NCBI RefSeq assembly: GCF_900769625.1
Contig: NZ_CAAGHK010000087.1
Coordinates: 82,418 to 146,417, forward strand
Direction: 5' to 3'
DNA length: 64,000 nucleotides
From: an uncultured Clostridium sp.
GTDB taxonomy: Bacteria > Bacillota > Clostridia > Clostridiales > Clostridiaceae
The translations under genes were made by a program, and so were the position numbers. Positions 10,538-21,996 of this stretch are shown here, one piece after another; the stretch's first letter is position 1, and each line of letters begins with the position of its first letter. A model generated the notes under the pieces. The model had not been told where the DNA came from, made no database searches, and was given only the letters and a program-made list of their open reading frames with translations.

Positions 10538-11403
10538 TTGTTTTTTTCCTCCTCCATTATCTCTTCTAATGATTTAATATAAAAGTCATATCTGTATTTA
10601 TTGACTTTGCTTTCCTCAACAGCATCTTTCAATGCACATTTTGGTTCTTTATAATGCAGACATCCTCTATATTTACAATTATCATTATACTCAGTAAATT
10701 CAGGAAAACAATATTTTAGAGAATTTTTATCCATTAAATCTTTAATTTCCAGTGTTGAAAATCCTGGGGTATCTACTATATATCCATCAGCAACTTCGAT
10801 AAGTTCACTGTGTCTTGTCGTATGTTTACCTCTTCCAAGCCTCACACTGACATTGCCTGTTTCCATATGTTCCTTATTGGCCAGCTGATTTATCAAGGTA
10901 GATTTACCAGCTCCTGAAGGTCCGCAGAACACGGTTATATTACCCTCCATTTTTTCTTTTAATCTTTCAATACCTATTCCCTGTTTGGCATTTATAAATA
11001 AAACCTCATATCCAATATCATTTATTCTTTTCTTTATTTCTTCTCTTTCTTCCTCAGATACTAAATCTATCTTGTTAAGACATACCACTACTTCGATATT
11101 GTTATATTCACATAGTACTAAAAACTTATTTAATAGATCAAAATTTATATCAGGATTTTTGACTGCAAAAACAATAAATGCTAAAGAAACATTAGCAACT
11201 GTTGGTCTGATAAGCTCTGATGTCCTCTTATGTATTTCTTCGATAACGCCTTTCCCATTTTCTATTTTTATTGTGACATTATCTCCAACCATAGGTTTTA
11301 TGTCTTTATGTCTGAATTTTCCCCTAGCTTTACATTCTATTAAGCCTTCTTCTGTCTTAATATAATAGAACCCTCCAATTCCCTTTATTATCTTTCCATT
11401 CAT
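10531..11403 (-). CDS. rsgA: Ribosome small subunit-dependent GTPase A
   Basis: Permuted GTPase [22 protein letters not shown]-terminal CxxxxCxHxxxxxC. Confidence 0.97.
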   Translation of the reverse strand: MNGKIIKGIGGFYYIKTEEGLIECKARGKFRHKDIKPMVGDNVTIKIENGKGVIEEIHKRTSELIRPTVANVSLAFIVFAVKNPDINFDLLNKFLVLCEYNNIEVVVCLNKIDLVSEEEREEIKKRINDIGYEVLFINAKQGIGIERLKEKMEGNITVFCGPSGAGKSTLINQLANKEHMETGNVSVRLGRGKHTTRHSELIEVADGYIVDTPGFSTLEIKDLMDKNSLKYCFPEFTEYNDNCKYRGCLHYKEPKCALKDAVEESKVNKYRYDFYIKSLEEIMEEEKNKW

Positions 11404-11526
11404 ATTATTCCTCCATGTAAATTTTCATAAATTAAATATATTATAAGAGGAGAGGCGCATTAATTCAACCTCTCCTCTATAATTTATTTTCTATACTTTA
11501 ATTGTAGAATTATTTTTTAATAAAAA

Positions 11527-13542
11527 CTACTCTTCACTTGGAGCCTTTTCCGGTTCAGCACTTGTTGGTACATTTTCTTCATCCCATGGTCCTTCAGGCT
11601 GTTTATTTTCATTATTTCCTGCATTAGGTCCTGATGAATTGTTACTATTATTGTCATTATTATTACTGTTATTGTTATTATTAGGATTTTGTTGTGACGT
11701 ATTTGAATTGTTATTTGGTTTATTAATATTAGTATTAGTATTAGTATTAGTATTAGTATCACTTTCCGAATTAGTATTTCCTTGTTTTACTGGTTCTTCG
11801 TATTGACCAATAGTCAGCGTAATAGTAACACCTAATTTTACATTTCCACTATCTGATTGAGATATAACAGTTCCATTTTTACTTATATCATCTGTTTTTC
11901 CAGTTTGCGTACTAATATTATATACACCGTTATTTGACAGTTTTTCCTTTGCAGCTGATTCTGATAATCCAACTACACTTGGAACATTTATATATTTAAT
12001 TTTTGCCCCCTTGCTTATAACTAATGTAACCTTATCATCTTTACTTATTTCAGTATCTTTAGCTGGTGTCTGGCTTATTATTTCACCCTTATTCACATTG
12101 TCGCTATAATCTTCTACTGTTTCAATGTTTGTTATTCCAAGTTTCTCAAGCATATCTTTAGCCTTATTAAAATCATACTCTGTTACATCAGGCATCTTAA
12201 GCTTGTTTTCACCACCACTTACAATAACTCTGACTTGTGTGTTTTCTTTCACCTTATTTCCAGCTTCAGGATTCATCTGCATTATAGTACCTTCTGGATA
12301 CTCCTCACTTGTTTCTTCACCAGCTTCAACTAAAATAAGATTCAGCTTTTCAAGAGTGTTCCTCGCCGTATCAACATCCATTCCTTTTAAATTAGGAACT
12401 TCTACTTCCTTACCACTTCCAAGCATTCCAGCTAAACCGTATATACCTGTACCTAATAATATTACCATTACTGCGCAGGCTATACCTATTCCGATTTTCT
12501 TAAGATTATTCTTACTGCCTTTTTTCTTAGACTTTGGCTTTTCATCTTCATCATCATCGTCATAATCGTCATAATCATCATCGTCATAATCATCGTCATA
12601 ATCATCATCAACACTGACAGCATCATTCTTTTTAATGTCATTTTGTTTGGCGATTTCTTCTGTAACAGCTGACATGATTATTGTATGTTCATTATCATCA
12701 TCGTCATCATCAATTCGTGCATTAGGATTATCCTTAATTTTCTGAAGATCAGCAATCATTTCCTTAGCACTTTGATATCTCTTGCTAGGTTCTTTTTCCA
12801 TTGCTTTTAAAATAAGCTTATTTAAACTATCTGGAATTTTTGAATTAAGTTTCTTTGGTGGTACTACTTCTTCCTGAATATGCTTTAACGCTATTGTCAC
12901 AGCACTGTCAGCTTGAAAAGGTACTGTTCCAGTAACCATTTCATATAGTACAACACCCAATGAATATAAATCCGTTCTGCAGTCGATAAAGCTGCCTTTT
13001 GCCTGTTCTGGAGAAAGATAATGGGCTGAGCCCATAATAGTACTTGTATTTGTTATAGTAGAAGATGTTGAAGATTTAGCAATTCCAAAATCAGTAACTT
13101 TCATTACACCATCTTCAGTTACTAATATATTTTGTGGCTTTACATCTCTATGAATTATTTTATTTCTATGTGCACAATCCAGTGCTCTTGCAATCTGTAT
13201 AGCAACCGAAATACCTGTTTCATAATTCATTTTACCAACCTGTTTAATTACATCTTTTAAAGTTTTTCCTTTTACATATTCCATTACAATATAGTTAATA
13301 TCGTCCTGAGTTCCAACATCAAGTATGTTAACTATATTATTATCACTTAAGGCTGCAATTGCTGTAGCTTCACCTTTAAACTTTTCAACAATTTCAGGAT
13401 TATTGCAGAATTCTTTTTTAAGTATCTTGACAGCTACAAATCTGTTAAGCTTATTGCATCTTGCCTTGAATACTTCAGACATTCCGCCTTCTCCTATTTT
13501 CTCCAGTAACTCATATCTGTTACCAAGTACAATTCCATTCAT
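11527..13542 (-). CDS. prkC: PASTA-domain Ser/Thr protein kinase (PrkC/PknB/Stk1)
   Basis: IGEGGMS, HRDVKPQN, DFG, YLSPEQ; TM helix; three PASTA repeats; N-rich tail. Confidence 0.96.
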   Translation of the reverse strand: MNGIVLGNRYELLEKIGEGGMSEVFKARCNKLNRFVAVKILKKEFCNNPEIVEKFKGEATAIAALSDNNIVNILDVGTQDDINYIVMEYVKGKTLKDVIKQVGKMNYETGISVAIQIARALDCAHRNKIIHRDVKPQNILVTEDGVMKVTDFGIAKSSTSSTITNTSTIMGSAHYLSPEQAKGSFIDCRTDLYSLGVVLYEMVTGTVPFQADSAVTIALKHIQEEVVPPKKLNSKIPDSLNKLILKAMEKEPSKRYQSAKEMIADLQKIKDNPNARIDDDDDDNEHTIIMSAVTEEIAKQNDIKKNDAVSVDDDYDDDYDDDDYDDYDDDDEDEKPKSKKKGSKNNLKKIGIGIACAVMVILLGTGIYGLAGMLGSGKEVEVPNLKGMDVDTARNTLEKLNLILVEAGEETSEEYPEGTIMQMNPEAGNKVKENTQVRVIVSGGENKLKMPDVTEYDFNKAKDMLEKLGITNIETVEDYSDNVNKGEIISQTPAKDTEISKDDKVTLVISKGAKIKYINVPSVVGLSESAAKEKLSNNGVYNISTQTGKTDDISKNGTVISQSDSGNVKLGVTITLTIGQYEEPVKQGNTNSESDTNTNTNTNTNINKPNNNSNTSQQNPNNNNNSNNNDNNSNNSSGPNAGNNENKQPEGPWDEENVPTSAEPEKAPSEE
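11727..11756. repeat. (TATTAG)x5 in-frame microsatellite encoding the T-N repeat in the kinase tail
   Basis: Five perfect hexamer copies. Confidence 0.85.
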
Positions 13543-13544
13543 CT

Positions 13545-14264
13545 CTACATCTCTCCTCCAAACAACAATACTGTTATATTATCCCTTCCGCCCTTTTCCT
13601 TTGCCAGGTTAACCAGATCATTAGCGATACTAACATAGTTACTTTCATTATAAATTATTCTCAAAATTTCATCGTTTGTTACCTCATTTGTAAGTCCATC
13701 TGAGCATAATATAAACAATTCATATTCATTGGCCCTGATTTTAAATACATCAACATCAACATCCATGCTAGTTCCTAAAGCTCTAGTGATAATATTTTTC
13801 TTTGGATGATTTTTAGCTTCAAATTCACTTATCGTTCCACTATCTAAAAGTTCCTGAACTAATGAATGATCCTTAGTTATTTTTTCTAACTTTCCATTTT
13901 TCAAAGCCATACAGGAACTGTCTCCTACATTAGCGACATAAACAGACTTTGAAGTTACAAGACAGGCTGTTACTGTTGTACCCATACCATTCAATTTGTC
14001 ATTGGTTTTAGAAAACTTATAAATTTCTTCATTGGCAGCTTTTATTGCTTTTGATATTAAAGTTTCTTCTGCTTGTGAGCAATAATTTTCATCCACATAT
14101 TGCACAATCTGTTCAGCAGCCATTTTGCTTGCAACCTCGCCAGCATTATGTCCGCCCATCCCATCAGCTACAACATAAATCTTAAAATTTTGTCTTTCCA
14201 GGTAACATGCAGAATCTTCATTTAATTTACGTTTTAAACCAACATCACTAACTAAGCCAATCAC
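13545..14264 (-). CDS. prpC: PP2C-type Ser/Thr phosphatase (Stp1/PrpC)
   Basis: NEDS, VADGMGGH, GMGTT, NVGDS, LCSDGL, GGRDNIT. Confidence 0.95.
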   Translation of the reverse strand: MIGLVSDVGLKRKLNEDSACYLERQNFKIYVVADGMGGHNAGEVASKMAAEQIVQYVDENYCSQAEETLISKAIKAANEEIYKFSKTNDKLNGMGTTVTACLVTSKSVYVANVGDSSCMALKNGKLEKITKDHSLVQELLDSGTISEFEAKNHPKKNIITRALGTSMDVDVDVFKIRANEYELFILCSDGLTNEVTNDEILRIIYNESNYVSIANDLVNLAKEKGGRDNITVLLFGGEM

Positions 14265-14265
14265 T

Positions 14266-15309
14266 TTATTCCCCCCCTATCTTTTGGGTTTCAATGTAAC
14301 TTCTTCTAAGTTGTCCACATGCTGCATTTATATCACTACCCATCTCTCTCCTTGTAGTAACTTCTATGCCATTACTTTTAAGTATCTCCGAAAAATCTTC
14401 TATTGTTTTTTTAGATGATCTCTTAAATGTATTTTCTTTAATTTCATTTACAGGAATAAGATTAACGTGACAAAGCATTCCTCTTAATAGTTTTGCCAAT
14501 GCTTTTGCATCTTCTCTTCCATCATTAACATCCTTAACTAATGCATACTCAAAAGTTATTCTTCTATTTGTCTTTTTCAGATAGTATCTGCAAGCTTCTA
14601 ACAGTTCGCTTATTGTATATTTATTAGCAATAGGCATTATTTCTTTTCTTTTTTCATCGTTAAATGCATGTAGTGAAATTGCAAGAGTTATACTCATTTC
14701 TTTATCCGCAAGCTCATAAATTTTAGGTACAATACCACATGTAGATAAAGTAATATGTCTCTGACCAATATTTAATCCATAATCTGCAGAAACAATTTCT
14801 AAAAATTTCAGTACATTGTCATAGTTATCAAGCGGTTCTCCACTTCCCATTAAGACAATATTAGAAATTCTTTCACCAATATAATTCTGTACTGCAATTA
14901 CTTCAGATAATATCTCTCCAGCAGTTAAATTTCTTACACGCCCTTCAATTGTAGATGCGCAAAATTTACATCCCATTCTGCACCCCACCTGTGTTGAAAT
15001 ACATATAGAAATTCCATGCTTATATCTCATAAGCACACTTTCAATCAGGTTTCCATCAGAAAATCCAAGTAAAAACTTTTCTGTGCCATCAAGCTCTGAT
15101 TTATATACTTCTATTATTTCAGGCATAGTAATTGTAAAGTTTTCTTTTAATTTATTAATTACTGATTTTGGTATATTTTTCATACCCTCAAAATCTATAA
15201 CCCCTTTGTAAATCCATGATAATATTTGTTTTCCCCTAAATGCACTTTCACCATTTTCGCTCATCCATACTTTAAGTTCATCTAAAGTATAATCCAGTAA
15301 ATTGTTCAT
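14266..15309 (-). CDS. rlmN: 23S rRNA m2A2503 / tRNA methyltransferase (radical SAM)
   Basis: [30 protein letters not shown]. Confidence 0.96.
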   Translation of the reverse strand: MNNLLDYTLDELKVWMSENGESAFRGKQILSWIYKGVIDFEGMKNIPKSVINKLKENFTITMPEIIEVYKSELDGTEKFLLGFSDGNLIESVLMRYKHGISICISTQVGCRMGCKFCASTIEGRVRNLTAGEILSEVIAVQNYIGERISNIVLMGSGEPLDNYDNVLKFLEIVSADYGLNIGQRHITLSTCGIVPKIYELADKEMSITLAISLHAFNDEKRKEIMPIANKYTISELLEACRYYLKKTNRRITFEYALVKDVNDGREDAKALAKLLRGMLCHVNLIPVNEIKENTFKRSSKKTIEDFSEILKSNGIEVTTRREMGSDINAACGQLRRSYIETQKIGGE

Positions 15310-15323
15310 TTATTCACCTACTA

Positions 15324-16640
15324 TTATATCTTTTCTAATTTTGTAATAAAGAAACCATCCATGTTTTCATTAGGCATTACTGTTAACATTCCTTCTCTGC
15401 TGTAAACAAGGTTATCCTGCTTTCCAACAAAGATTCTCTTGATTTCACAGTCCTTATGATTATTAACAAACCATTCAATATTTTCTTCATTTTCTTCTTT
15501 ATTTAATGTACAAGTTGAATATATCATTACTCCTCCTTGTTTTACATACTGCCATGCATTATTCATTATTTCTCTTTGAATAGGTATGATTTCTCTTAAG
15601 TCATTTCTTTTCTTGTTCCATTTTATTTCAGGTTTCTTTCTTATTATTCCAAGTCCTGAACAAGGAACGTCGATAAGAACTCTATCACATGAAGCTACTA
15701 AATCAGCATTTAATTTCGTTGCATCACCAGCTTCAGTTATAACATTAGTTATTCCTAATCTTTCACAGTTATCTTTTATTAATCCAAGCTTTGATTCATG
15801 AAGGTCAAACGCAAGAACCTTACCTGTATTACCTAATATTTCAGCAATATGAGTAGTCTTACCTCCTGGAGCACTACATAAATCAGCAACTGTCATTCCT
15901 TCTTCTAAATCTAGAAGTGGTGCAACAAGCATAGCACTTTCATCCTGCACAGTTATTTTTCCTTCTTTGAATAAAGGATTATTTTCAATAGATTTGCCAC
16001 CTTTAATGCTGATAGCTTCTGGGCAGATTGCTCCTTCTGATATTTCATATTCCATTCCTTCAAGTTTTTCATAAACTTCATCATAATCAGAGTTAAGTTC
16101 ATTTACTCTTATACTTACCTTAGGAACAGTATTTAATCCTGACATTATTTTTTTAGCACTGCTTTCACCATATTGTTTAATTAAAAGTCTTATCATCCAA
16201 GGTTCAAATGAAAATTTATATGCATATTCATCTATCTTATTACCAGGTACATTGATGTCATCTGGATTTTTAGTGAAGCTTCTTAATATTCCATTAACAA
16301 GCTTGCTGTCGTTTTCTGATACTTCTTTTGCTTCTTCTACTGCTTCATTACATGCAGCATAAGAAGGTATCTTATCTAAAAAGTTCATTTGATATATAGC
16401 AACTCTTAATATGTTAAGAATATTTTTATCCATTAATTTCATATCCTTAACGAAGTTTGCAATTATAACATCTAATGTTTTTCTTCTTCTTAATACACCA
16501 TATACTATTTCTGTAAGTAAAGCTTTATCCTTATCATTTAATTCTACTTCGTTTAATTCTTTAGAAAGTATTATGTTTGAGTATGCTCCTTCATTTAAAA
16601 CTCTGTTCAATATTTTTACTGCTAGTTTTCTACAATTCAT
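15324..16640 (-). CDS. rsmB: 16S rRNA m5C967 methyltransferase
   Basis: NusB-like N-terminus; QDE, DLCSAPGGKT, DVPCSG, YSTCT. Confidence 0.96.
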   Translation of the reverse strand: MNCRKLAVKILNRVLNEGAYSNIILSKELNEVELNDKDKALLTEIVYGVLRRRKTLDVIIANFVKDMKLMDKNILNILRVAIYQMNFLDKIPSYAACNEAVEEAKEVSENDSKLVNGILRSFTKNPDDINVPGNKIDEYAYKFSFEPWMIRLLIKQYGESSAKKIMSGLNTVPKVSIRVNELNSDYDEVYEKLEGMEYEISEGAICPEAISIKGGKSIENNPLFKEGKITVQDESAMLVAPLLDLEEGMTVADLCSAPGGKTTHIAEILGNTGKVLAFDLHESKLGLIKDNCERLGITNVITEAGDATKLNADLVASCDRVLIDVPCSGLGIIRKKPEIKWNKKRNDLREIIPIQREIMNNAWQYVKQGGVMIYSTCTLNKEENEENIEWFVNNHKDCEIKRIFVGKQDNLVYSREGMLTVMPNENMDGFFITKLEKI

Positions 16641-16852
16641 ACGCTACCTCTTTTTCAATTATATCTCTGATTATGAGTTATTAATAAGTCTACAGCTCAT
16701 AAGGTATAAATTTACAAGCTGTATTTTACAACTCTTCGATATAACATAAATAAGTTATTATAATATGTTTATCAAATTGTTATATTTTTAAATAATGCCT
16801 AGAATAATTATAAGTTCTGATTATGTATAACACTTCCTTTTATTATGTAAAC

Positions 16853-17779
16853 TTATCCTAGAACTACATTTTCTTCTATCTCATGGCCGTTAATGTATTC
16901 TGCTATCGTTAACGGTTTTTTATTTGGGAACTGCACTTTTTTCACAAGAAGCACAGAATCCTTACATGCAACCTTCATGCCCTTTTTGCTTACTTCAATT
17001 ATTGTACCTGGAGTTTTTGATGTTTTTTCATTTAAAACTTCACTCTCAAATATCTTCATTCTGTCTTCTTTATAATCAGTATAAGCAATAGGCCATGGAT
17101 TTAATCCTCTGATAAGATTATGTATTTCTTCAGCAGAGTTATCCCATGAAATCACTGCTATTTTCTTATCAAGCATTTTTGCATAAAAAGTTTCATCTGT
17201 CTGCTTTTCTGGAACTATTGTATTGTTGACAATTCCATCTATCGTCTCTAAAAGAAGATCGCTTCCTCTTTCCTTTAAGATATCATAAAGCTCACCTGCT
17301 GTCATATCTTCTGGGATTTCAATTTCATCTTTCATCAGCATATCTCCAGTATCTAACCCCACATCCATAAGCATTGTCGTATTCCCAGAAACTTTTTCAC
17401 CTTTGATAATTGCCCAGTTTATTGGTGCTGCACCTCTATACATAGGAAGCAGTGATCCGTGAAGATTTATGCAGCCATACTTAGGTATATCAAGTACTTC
17501 TTTTGTAAGTAGCTGCCCAAATGCAACTACAATCATAAAATCAGGTTTCATTTCTTTAAGTTTTTCAATCAGTTCACGATCTTCTTTAAGCTTTACAGGC
17601 TGATATATAGGTATATCATGCTTTATTCCTTCTTCTTTAACATCTGAATAAGCCATCTTCTTTCCTCTTCCCCTTGGCTTATCAGGCTGAGTTAATATAG
17701 CCATTACATTATGCTTTTCAATTAGCTTCTTTAATGACGGAACTGCAAAGTCAGGAGTACCCATAAATACTATATTCAT
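16853..17779 (-). CDS. fmt: Methionyl-tRNA formyltransferase
   Basis: [28 protein letters not shown]. Confidence 0.98.
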   Translation of the reverse strand: MNIVFMGTPDFAVPSLKKLIEKHNVMAILTQPDKPRGRGKKMAYSDVKEEGIKHDIPIYQPVKLKEDRELIEKLKEMKPDFMIVVAFGQLLTKEVLDIPKYGCINLHGSLLPMYRGAAPINWAIIKGEKVSGNTTMLMDVGLDTGDMLMKDEIEIPEDMTAGELYDILKERGSDLLLETIDGIVNNTIVPEKQTDETFYAKMLDKKIAVISWDNSAEEIHNLIRGLNPWPIAYTDYKEDRMKIFESEVLNEKTSKTPGTIIEVSKKGMKVACKDSVLLVKKVQFPNKKPLTIAEYINGHEIEENVVLG

Positions 17780-17844
17780 TGTTTATCCTCCTAGTTTTAG
17801 TATTTGGTTCTTTATCTTCTTTGTCTGAATAATTAAACAGATTC

Positions 17845-18285
17845 TTATTTCTTAACTCTATCTATGAATAAAGTCCCGTTTAAGTGATCATATTCATGGA
17901 GAATTGCTCTTGCTAAAAGTTCTTCTGCTTCAATTTCAAATTCTTCACCTTTTTCATTAAAAGCTCTTGCTTTAACAAAGTTAGGTCTCGTTACTTTTTC
18001 CATTTCTCCTGGAAGACTTAAACATCCTTCTTCATCTGTCTGTGATCCGCTTGTTTCAAGTATTTCTGGGTTGATAAATACTAGTGGACCTTCACCGATA
18101 TCAATTACGAATAATCTTTTAAGTATTCCAACCTGTGGTGCTGCAAGACCTACTCCATCAGCATCATACATTGTTTCAAACATATCTTTTATAAGTGTAA
18201 GTGTTCTTTTATCTATTTCTTCAACTTCTCTGCATTTTTTTCTTAATACGTCGTCACCATATTTTCTAATATTTCTTAATGCCAT
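17845..18285 (-). CDS. def: Peptide deformylase
   Basis: GVGLAAPQ, EGCLS, HEYDHL. Confidence 0.98.
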   Translation of the reverse strand: MALRNIRKYGDDVLRKKCREVEEIDKRTLTLIKDMFETMYDADGVGLAAPQVGILKRLFVIDIGEGPLVFINPEILETSGSQTDEEGCLSLPGEMEKVTRPNFVKARAFNEKGEEFEIEAEELLARAILHEYDHLNGTLFIDRVKK

Positions 18286-18297
18286 TTATAATTCCCC

Positions 18298-20490
18298 CTA
18301 GGTCATATTATTAGGATTAATATCTATACTAACCCTTATTTCATTATATACACTCTTATTTAATTGATAAAGAGTATCTTTAACTTTTTCACTGAACTCA
18401 TCATTAAAATTACCTTTTATTATAATCTGCCAGCGATAATTTTCCTTTAATTTAGTTATTATGCAAGGAACTGGTCCTAACATAGTTAAATTTTCTATTA
18501 TTAGTTTTTTCAAATTTTCTTGTAAATTATTCATGAATTTCTTTAATTTTTCTTCATATTTTGAAGAACCATTAATTAATAATATTTTACCAAAAGGCGG
18601 ATTACTCATCAACCTTCTGAGATTTATTTCTTCCCTGAATAAACCTTCATAATCTTCTTCTTGTGCATATTTAAGACTGTAATGTTCCGGAGTATAGCTC
18701 TGAACTATTACTTTTCCTTCATCACTTCCTCTGCCAGCTCTTCCTGCCACCTGCGTTATAATCTGATATGTTCTTTCAGCGGATCTGTAATCAGGTATGT
18801 TCAATGACATATCGGCCGCCAGAACACCAACAAGTGTAACATTCTTAAAATCAAGTCCTTTGGAAACCATCTGCGTTCCCACAAGAATATCAGCTTCACC
18901 ATTTTTAAAGGAATTATATATTAATTCGTGAGAATTTTTATGTCTTGTAGTATCAACATCCATCCTCAAAACTCTTGCTTTTGGAAAATACTTTTTAACT
19001 TCCAGCTCAACTCTTTCTGTTCCTGCACCAAAAAACTTTACATATTTACTTGCACACTTAGGACATGTTTTACTAACCCTTTCAGCTCTTCCACAGTAAT
19101 GACATATAAGATATCCGTTATTATGATAAGTCATTGAGACATCGCATTCAGGACACTTAAATACATATCCACAGCTTCTGCATGAAATAAAAGTTGAATA
19201 TCCTCTTCTGTTTAAGAAAAGTATTATCTGCTTTTTTTCATTTAACGTATCGTTTATTGCATTATACAGTTTGCGGCTGAATAATGATAAATTCCTGTTT
19301 TTAAGTTCTTCCCTCATATCTACAATCTCCATACGAGGCATCTGCTTTCCATTAACCCTGTTCTTCATTTCTATAAGCTTATAATCACCATTAACAGCCT
19401 TATAGTATGTTTCTATGCTCGGAGTTGCTGAACCCAGTACAAGTCTGCATTTTTTGAGTTCACATAGGAATTCACTTACTTCACGAGTATGATATTTAGG
19501 ATTCTGATCTGATTTATAAGTATTTTCATGTTCCTCATCGATTATAATTAATCCAAGGTTCTTAAGCGGCAGAAACAGTGCACTTCTTGCACCAATAACA
19601 AGTCTTGCTTTTCCTTCTTTTATCCTATACCACTCATCAAATCTCTCACCATCAGAAAGTCGGCTGTGAAATAACGCAACATCCTCACCAAATCTCCCTT
19701 TAAATCGTTCAATCATCTGTGGTGTAAGAGAAATTTCCGGAACAAGAACTATTGCACTGCGGCCTTCATTTAATGTTTCAGCTACAAGATTCATATAAAC
19801 TTCCGTTTTTCCTGAACCGGTAACTCCCTTTATAAGGTATTTCAATTCACTGCCGTTTAATATTGTATTTAAACAATCCTGCTGTTCAAGTGTGAGATTC
19901 TTATTTTTATCTTCATCATATATTCGCTTATTATATCGAAATACAACCTTATCCTCTACCTTAAAAAATCCCTCACCTATCATCTTATTCAAAGTATATA
20001 AGGAATATTTTTTATCTCGTGTTATATCTGCTTTAGTAAATATTCCATCATTATCAGATATATAATTGTACAGATTAATATAATTTTCTTTTGTTTCTTC
20101 TATACTGTCTAAACTTTTATTGATGCATATTACTTTTTTCTTTTTATTGGTTGACCCCTTCATTATACCTGCTGGTATCATGAGTCTTATTGCATCAATA
20201 TATCGGCATAGATATTTTTTTCTCAAAAAATCTACTAGTTTAAGATTATCAATTGTCAGTATCGGATTATCATCACATAGTTTAACGATATTTTTCACCC
20301 TGTATGTAAGTTTAATATCTTCTGTTGTCAGTGTATAGACAAATCCTTCTACTTTCTTATTACCCATCCCGAAAGGCACCATAACCCTGTGCCCTGCACT
20401 AATGCCGCATTGAAATTCTTCCGGCACTTTATATGTAAAAAGCCTGTCGACTTCCAAAGCATCGCTGTTTATTATTATTTCAGCATACAT
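18298..20490 (-). CDS. priA: Primosomal protein N' (replication restart helicase)
   Basis: GVTGSGKT, DEEH, SATPS, Zn-finger CxxC repeats, QVAGRAGR; start placed at ATG 20490 after SD. Confidence 0.97.
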   Translation of the reverse strand: MYAEIIINSDALEVDRLFTYKVPEEFQCGISAGHRVMVPFGMGNKKVEGFVYTLTTEDIKLTYRVKNIVKLCDDNPILTIDNLKLVDFLRKKYLCRYIDAIRLMIPAGIMKGSTNKKKKVICINKSLDSIEETKENYINLYNYISDNDGIFTKADITRDKKYSLYTLNKMIGEGFFKVEDKVVFRYNKRIYDEDKNKNLTLEQQDCLNTILNGSELKYLIKGVTGSGKTEVYMNLVAETLNEGRSAIVLVPEISLTPQMIERFKGRFGEDVALFHSRLSDGERFDEWYRIKEGKARLVIGARSALFLPLKNLGLIIIDEEHENTYKSDQNPKYHTREVSEFLCELKKCRLVLGSATPSIETYYKAVNGDYKLIEMKNRVNGKQMPRMEIVDMREELKNRNLSLFSRKLYNAINDTLNEKKQIILFLNRRGYSTFISCRSCGYVFKCPECDVSMTYHNNGYLICHYCGRAERVSKTCPKCASKYVKFFGAGTERVELEVKKYFPKARVLRMDVDTTRHKNSHELIYNSFKNGEADILVGTQMVSKGLDFKNVTLVGVLAADMSLNIPDYRSAERTYQIITQVAGRAGRGSDEGKVIVQSYTPEHYSLKYAQEEDYEGLFREEINLRRLMSNPPFGKILLINGSSKYEEKLKKFMNNLQENLKKLIIENLTMLGPVPCIITKLKENYRWQIIIKGNFNDEFSEKVKDTLYQLNKSVYNEIRVSIDINPNNMT

Positions 20491-20582
20491 ATTTATATCA
20501 GGCCCCTTTTCTGAGACTATTTTATTCACTGATAATTCATCAAGTATTAATTAGTATATTACAATAAAGAAAGAAGCGCAAT

Positions 20583-21767
20583 CTAGCGCTTCTTAATTAT
20601 TATGTCAAATAAATTTGCTGCAATCTTTTCCTTACTCATTTTTTCTAAATGTATTTCTTCTTTATCATCAGAAAAAATTATAACTTTATTATCTTCACTT
20701 GCAAAACCAGTATCTTTAGATGTAATATCATTAGCAACTATATAATCAAGGTTTTTCTTTTCCATTTTTGCCATTGCATTTTCTTTAAGATTCTCGCTTT
20801 CAGCTGCAAAACCTACAAGTATCTGGTTTTCTTTCAGATTGCCAAGTTCCATTAAAATATCGTTATCTCTTGTAAGTTCCAAAGACCAGTTTCCATGACC
20901 CTTTTTAATTTTCTGACTGCTGTATTTTTCAGGTTTATAATCAGCAACTGCTGCTGATTTTACAACAATATCCGCCTCCTTGAAAGCCTTGATTGCTGCT
21001 TCCTTCATTTCTTCATTAGTTGAAATATTAATCACATTAATATTTTTTGGAGCTTCCAAATTAGTTGGTCCGCTTATTAATGTTACATTAGCACCTCTAT
21101 TTCGTGCTTCTTTTGCTATTGCATAACCCATTTTACCGCTTGATCTGTTAGTAATAAACCTTACAGGATCAATGGGTGCTATTGTAGGCCCCGCAGTAAC
21201 AACTACATTTTTATTTAATAAGTCTTTCTTCTCATTCAATTCCATCAAAACTTTATCTACTATTACTTCAGGCTTTTCAAGCTTTCCTTTGCCAACATCA
21301 CCGCAGGCAAGTCTTCCTTCTGCAGGTTCAACAAATTCATATCCAAATGACTTGAGCTTTTTAATATTATCCTGTACAATTGGATTTTCATACATCTTCG
21401 TATTCATTGCAGGAGCAAAAATAACCTTTGCTTTTGTTGCCATAATTGTTGTCGAAAGCATATCATCAGCTATTCCATTGGCAACTTTACCTATAATATT
21501 AGCTGTAGCAGGTGCCACTAAGAAAACATCAGCCTTATCAGCCAAACTTATATGTTGTATTTCCCAAACTTTAGGTTCTTGAAATGTATCACATGCAACT
21601 TCGTTCTGACTTAATGATTGAAATGAAAGTGGAGTTACAAACTTAGTAGCATTTTCAGTCATAATTACATTTACATTAATATCTTTCTTTACAAGAAGAC
21701 TTGTGATCTCTAATGCCTTATAAACTGCAATTCCTCCACTTACCCCAAGTACAACATTCTGTTTCAT
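20583..21767 (-). CDS. coaBC: Bifunctional PPC decarboxylase / PPC synthetase
   Basis: GGIAVYK, HISLA, APAMN, ACG..G.G, TNRSSGKMG. Confidence 0.97.
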   Translation of the reverse strand: MKQNVVLGVSGGIAVYKALEITSLLVKKDINVNVIMTENATKFVTPLSFQSLSQNEVACDTFQEPKVWEIQHISLADKADVFLVAPATANIIGKVANGIADDMLSTTIMATKAKVIFAPAMNTKMYENPIVQDNIKKLKSFGYEFVEPAEGRLACGDVGKGKLEKPEVIVDKVLMELNEKKDLLNKNVVVTAGPTIAPIDPVRFITNRSSGKMGYAIAKEARNRGANVTLISGPTNLEAPKNINVINISTNEEMKEAAIKAFKEADIVVKSAAVADYKPEKYSSQKIKKGHGNWSLELTRDNDILMELGNLKENQILVGFAAESENLKENAMAKMEKKNLDYIVANDITSKDTGFASEDNKVIIFSDDKEEIHLEKMSKEKIAANLFDIIIKKR

Positions 21768-21768
21768 C

Positions 21769-21996
21769 TTACTTTGAACCTTCTTCTACTTCTTCTACTC
21801 TTTCAAAATTAATTGCGTTTTCATCAACTTCATGTATAGCAATTGTTAATGGTTTATTTGAATGTGCATCAACTTGTGGTTTAGAACCATCTATTATTTG
21901 TCTGGCTCTTTTAGAAGTTAAAATTACTAAAGAGTATCTGTCCTTTGTCTTTTCTAGTAAATCTACTACTGATGGATTAATCATAGAGTTGTTCAT
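21769..21996 (-). CDS. rpoZ: RNA polymerase omega subunit
   Basis: RYSLV...SKRARQ, KPLTIA..E. Confidence 0.95.
   Translation of the reverse strand: MNNSMINPSVVDLLEKTKDRYSLVILTSKRARQIIDGSKPQVDAHSNKPLTIAIHEVDENAINFERVEEVEEGSK

Noticed and set aside
11446..11478. Hairpin between prkC and rsgA as a novel RNA
   Set aside because: Simple 10-bp stem consistent with a weak terminator or stabiliser; no further structure
11517..11762. ORF beginning MILILILILI
   Set aside because: Alternative-frame reading of the TATTAG/Asn-rich repeat within prkC
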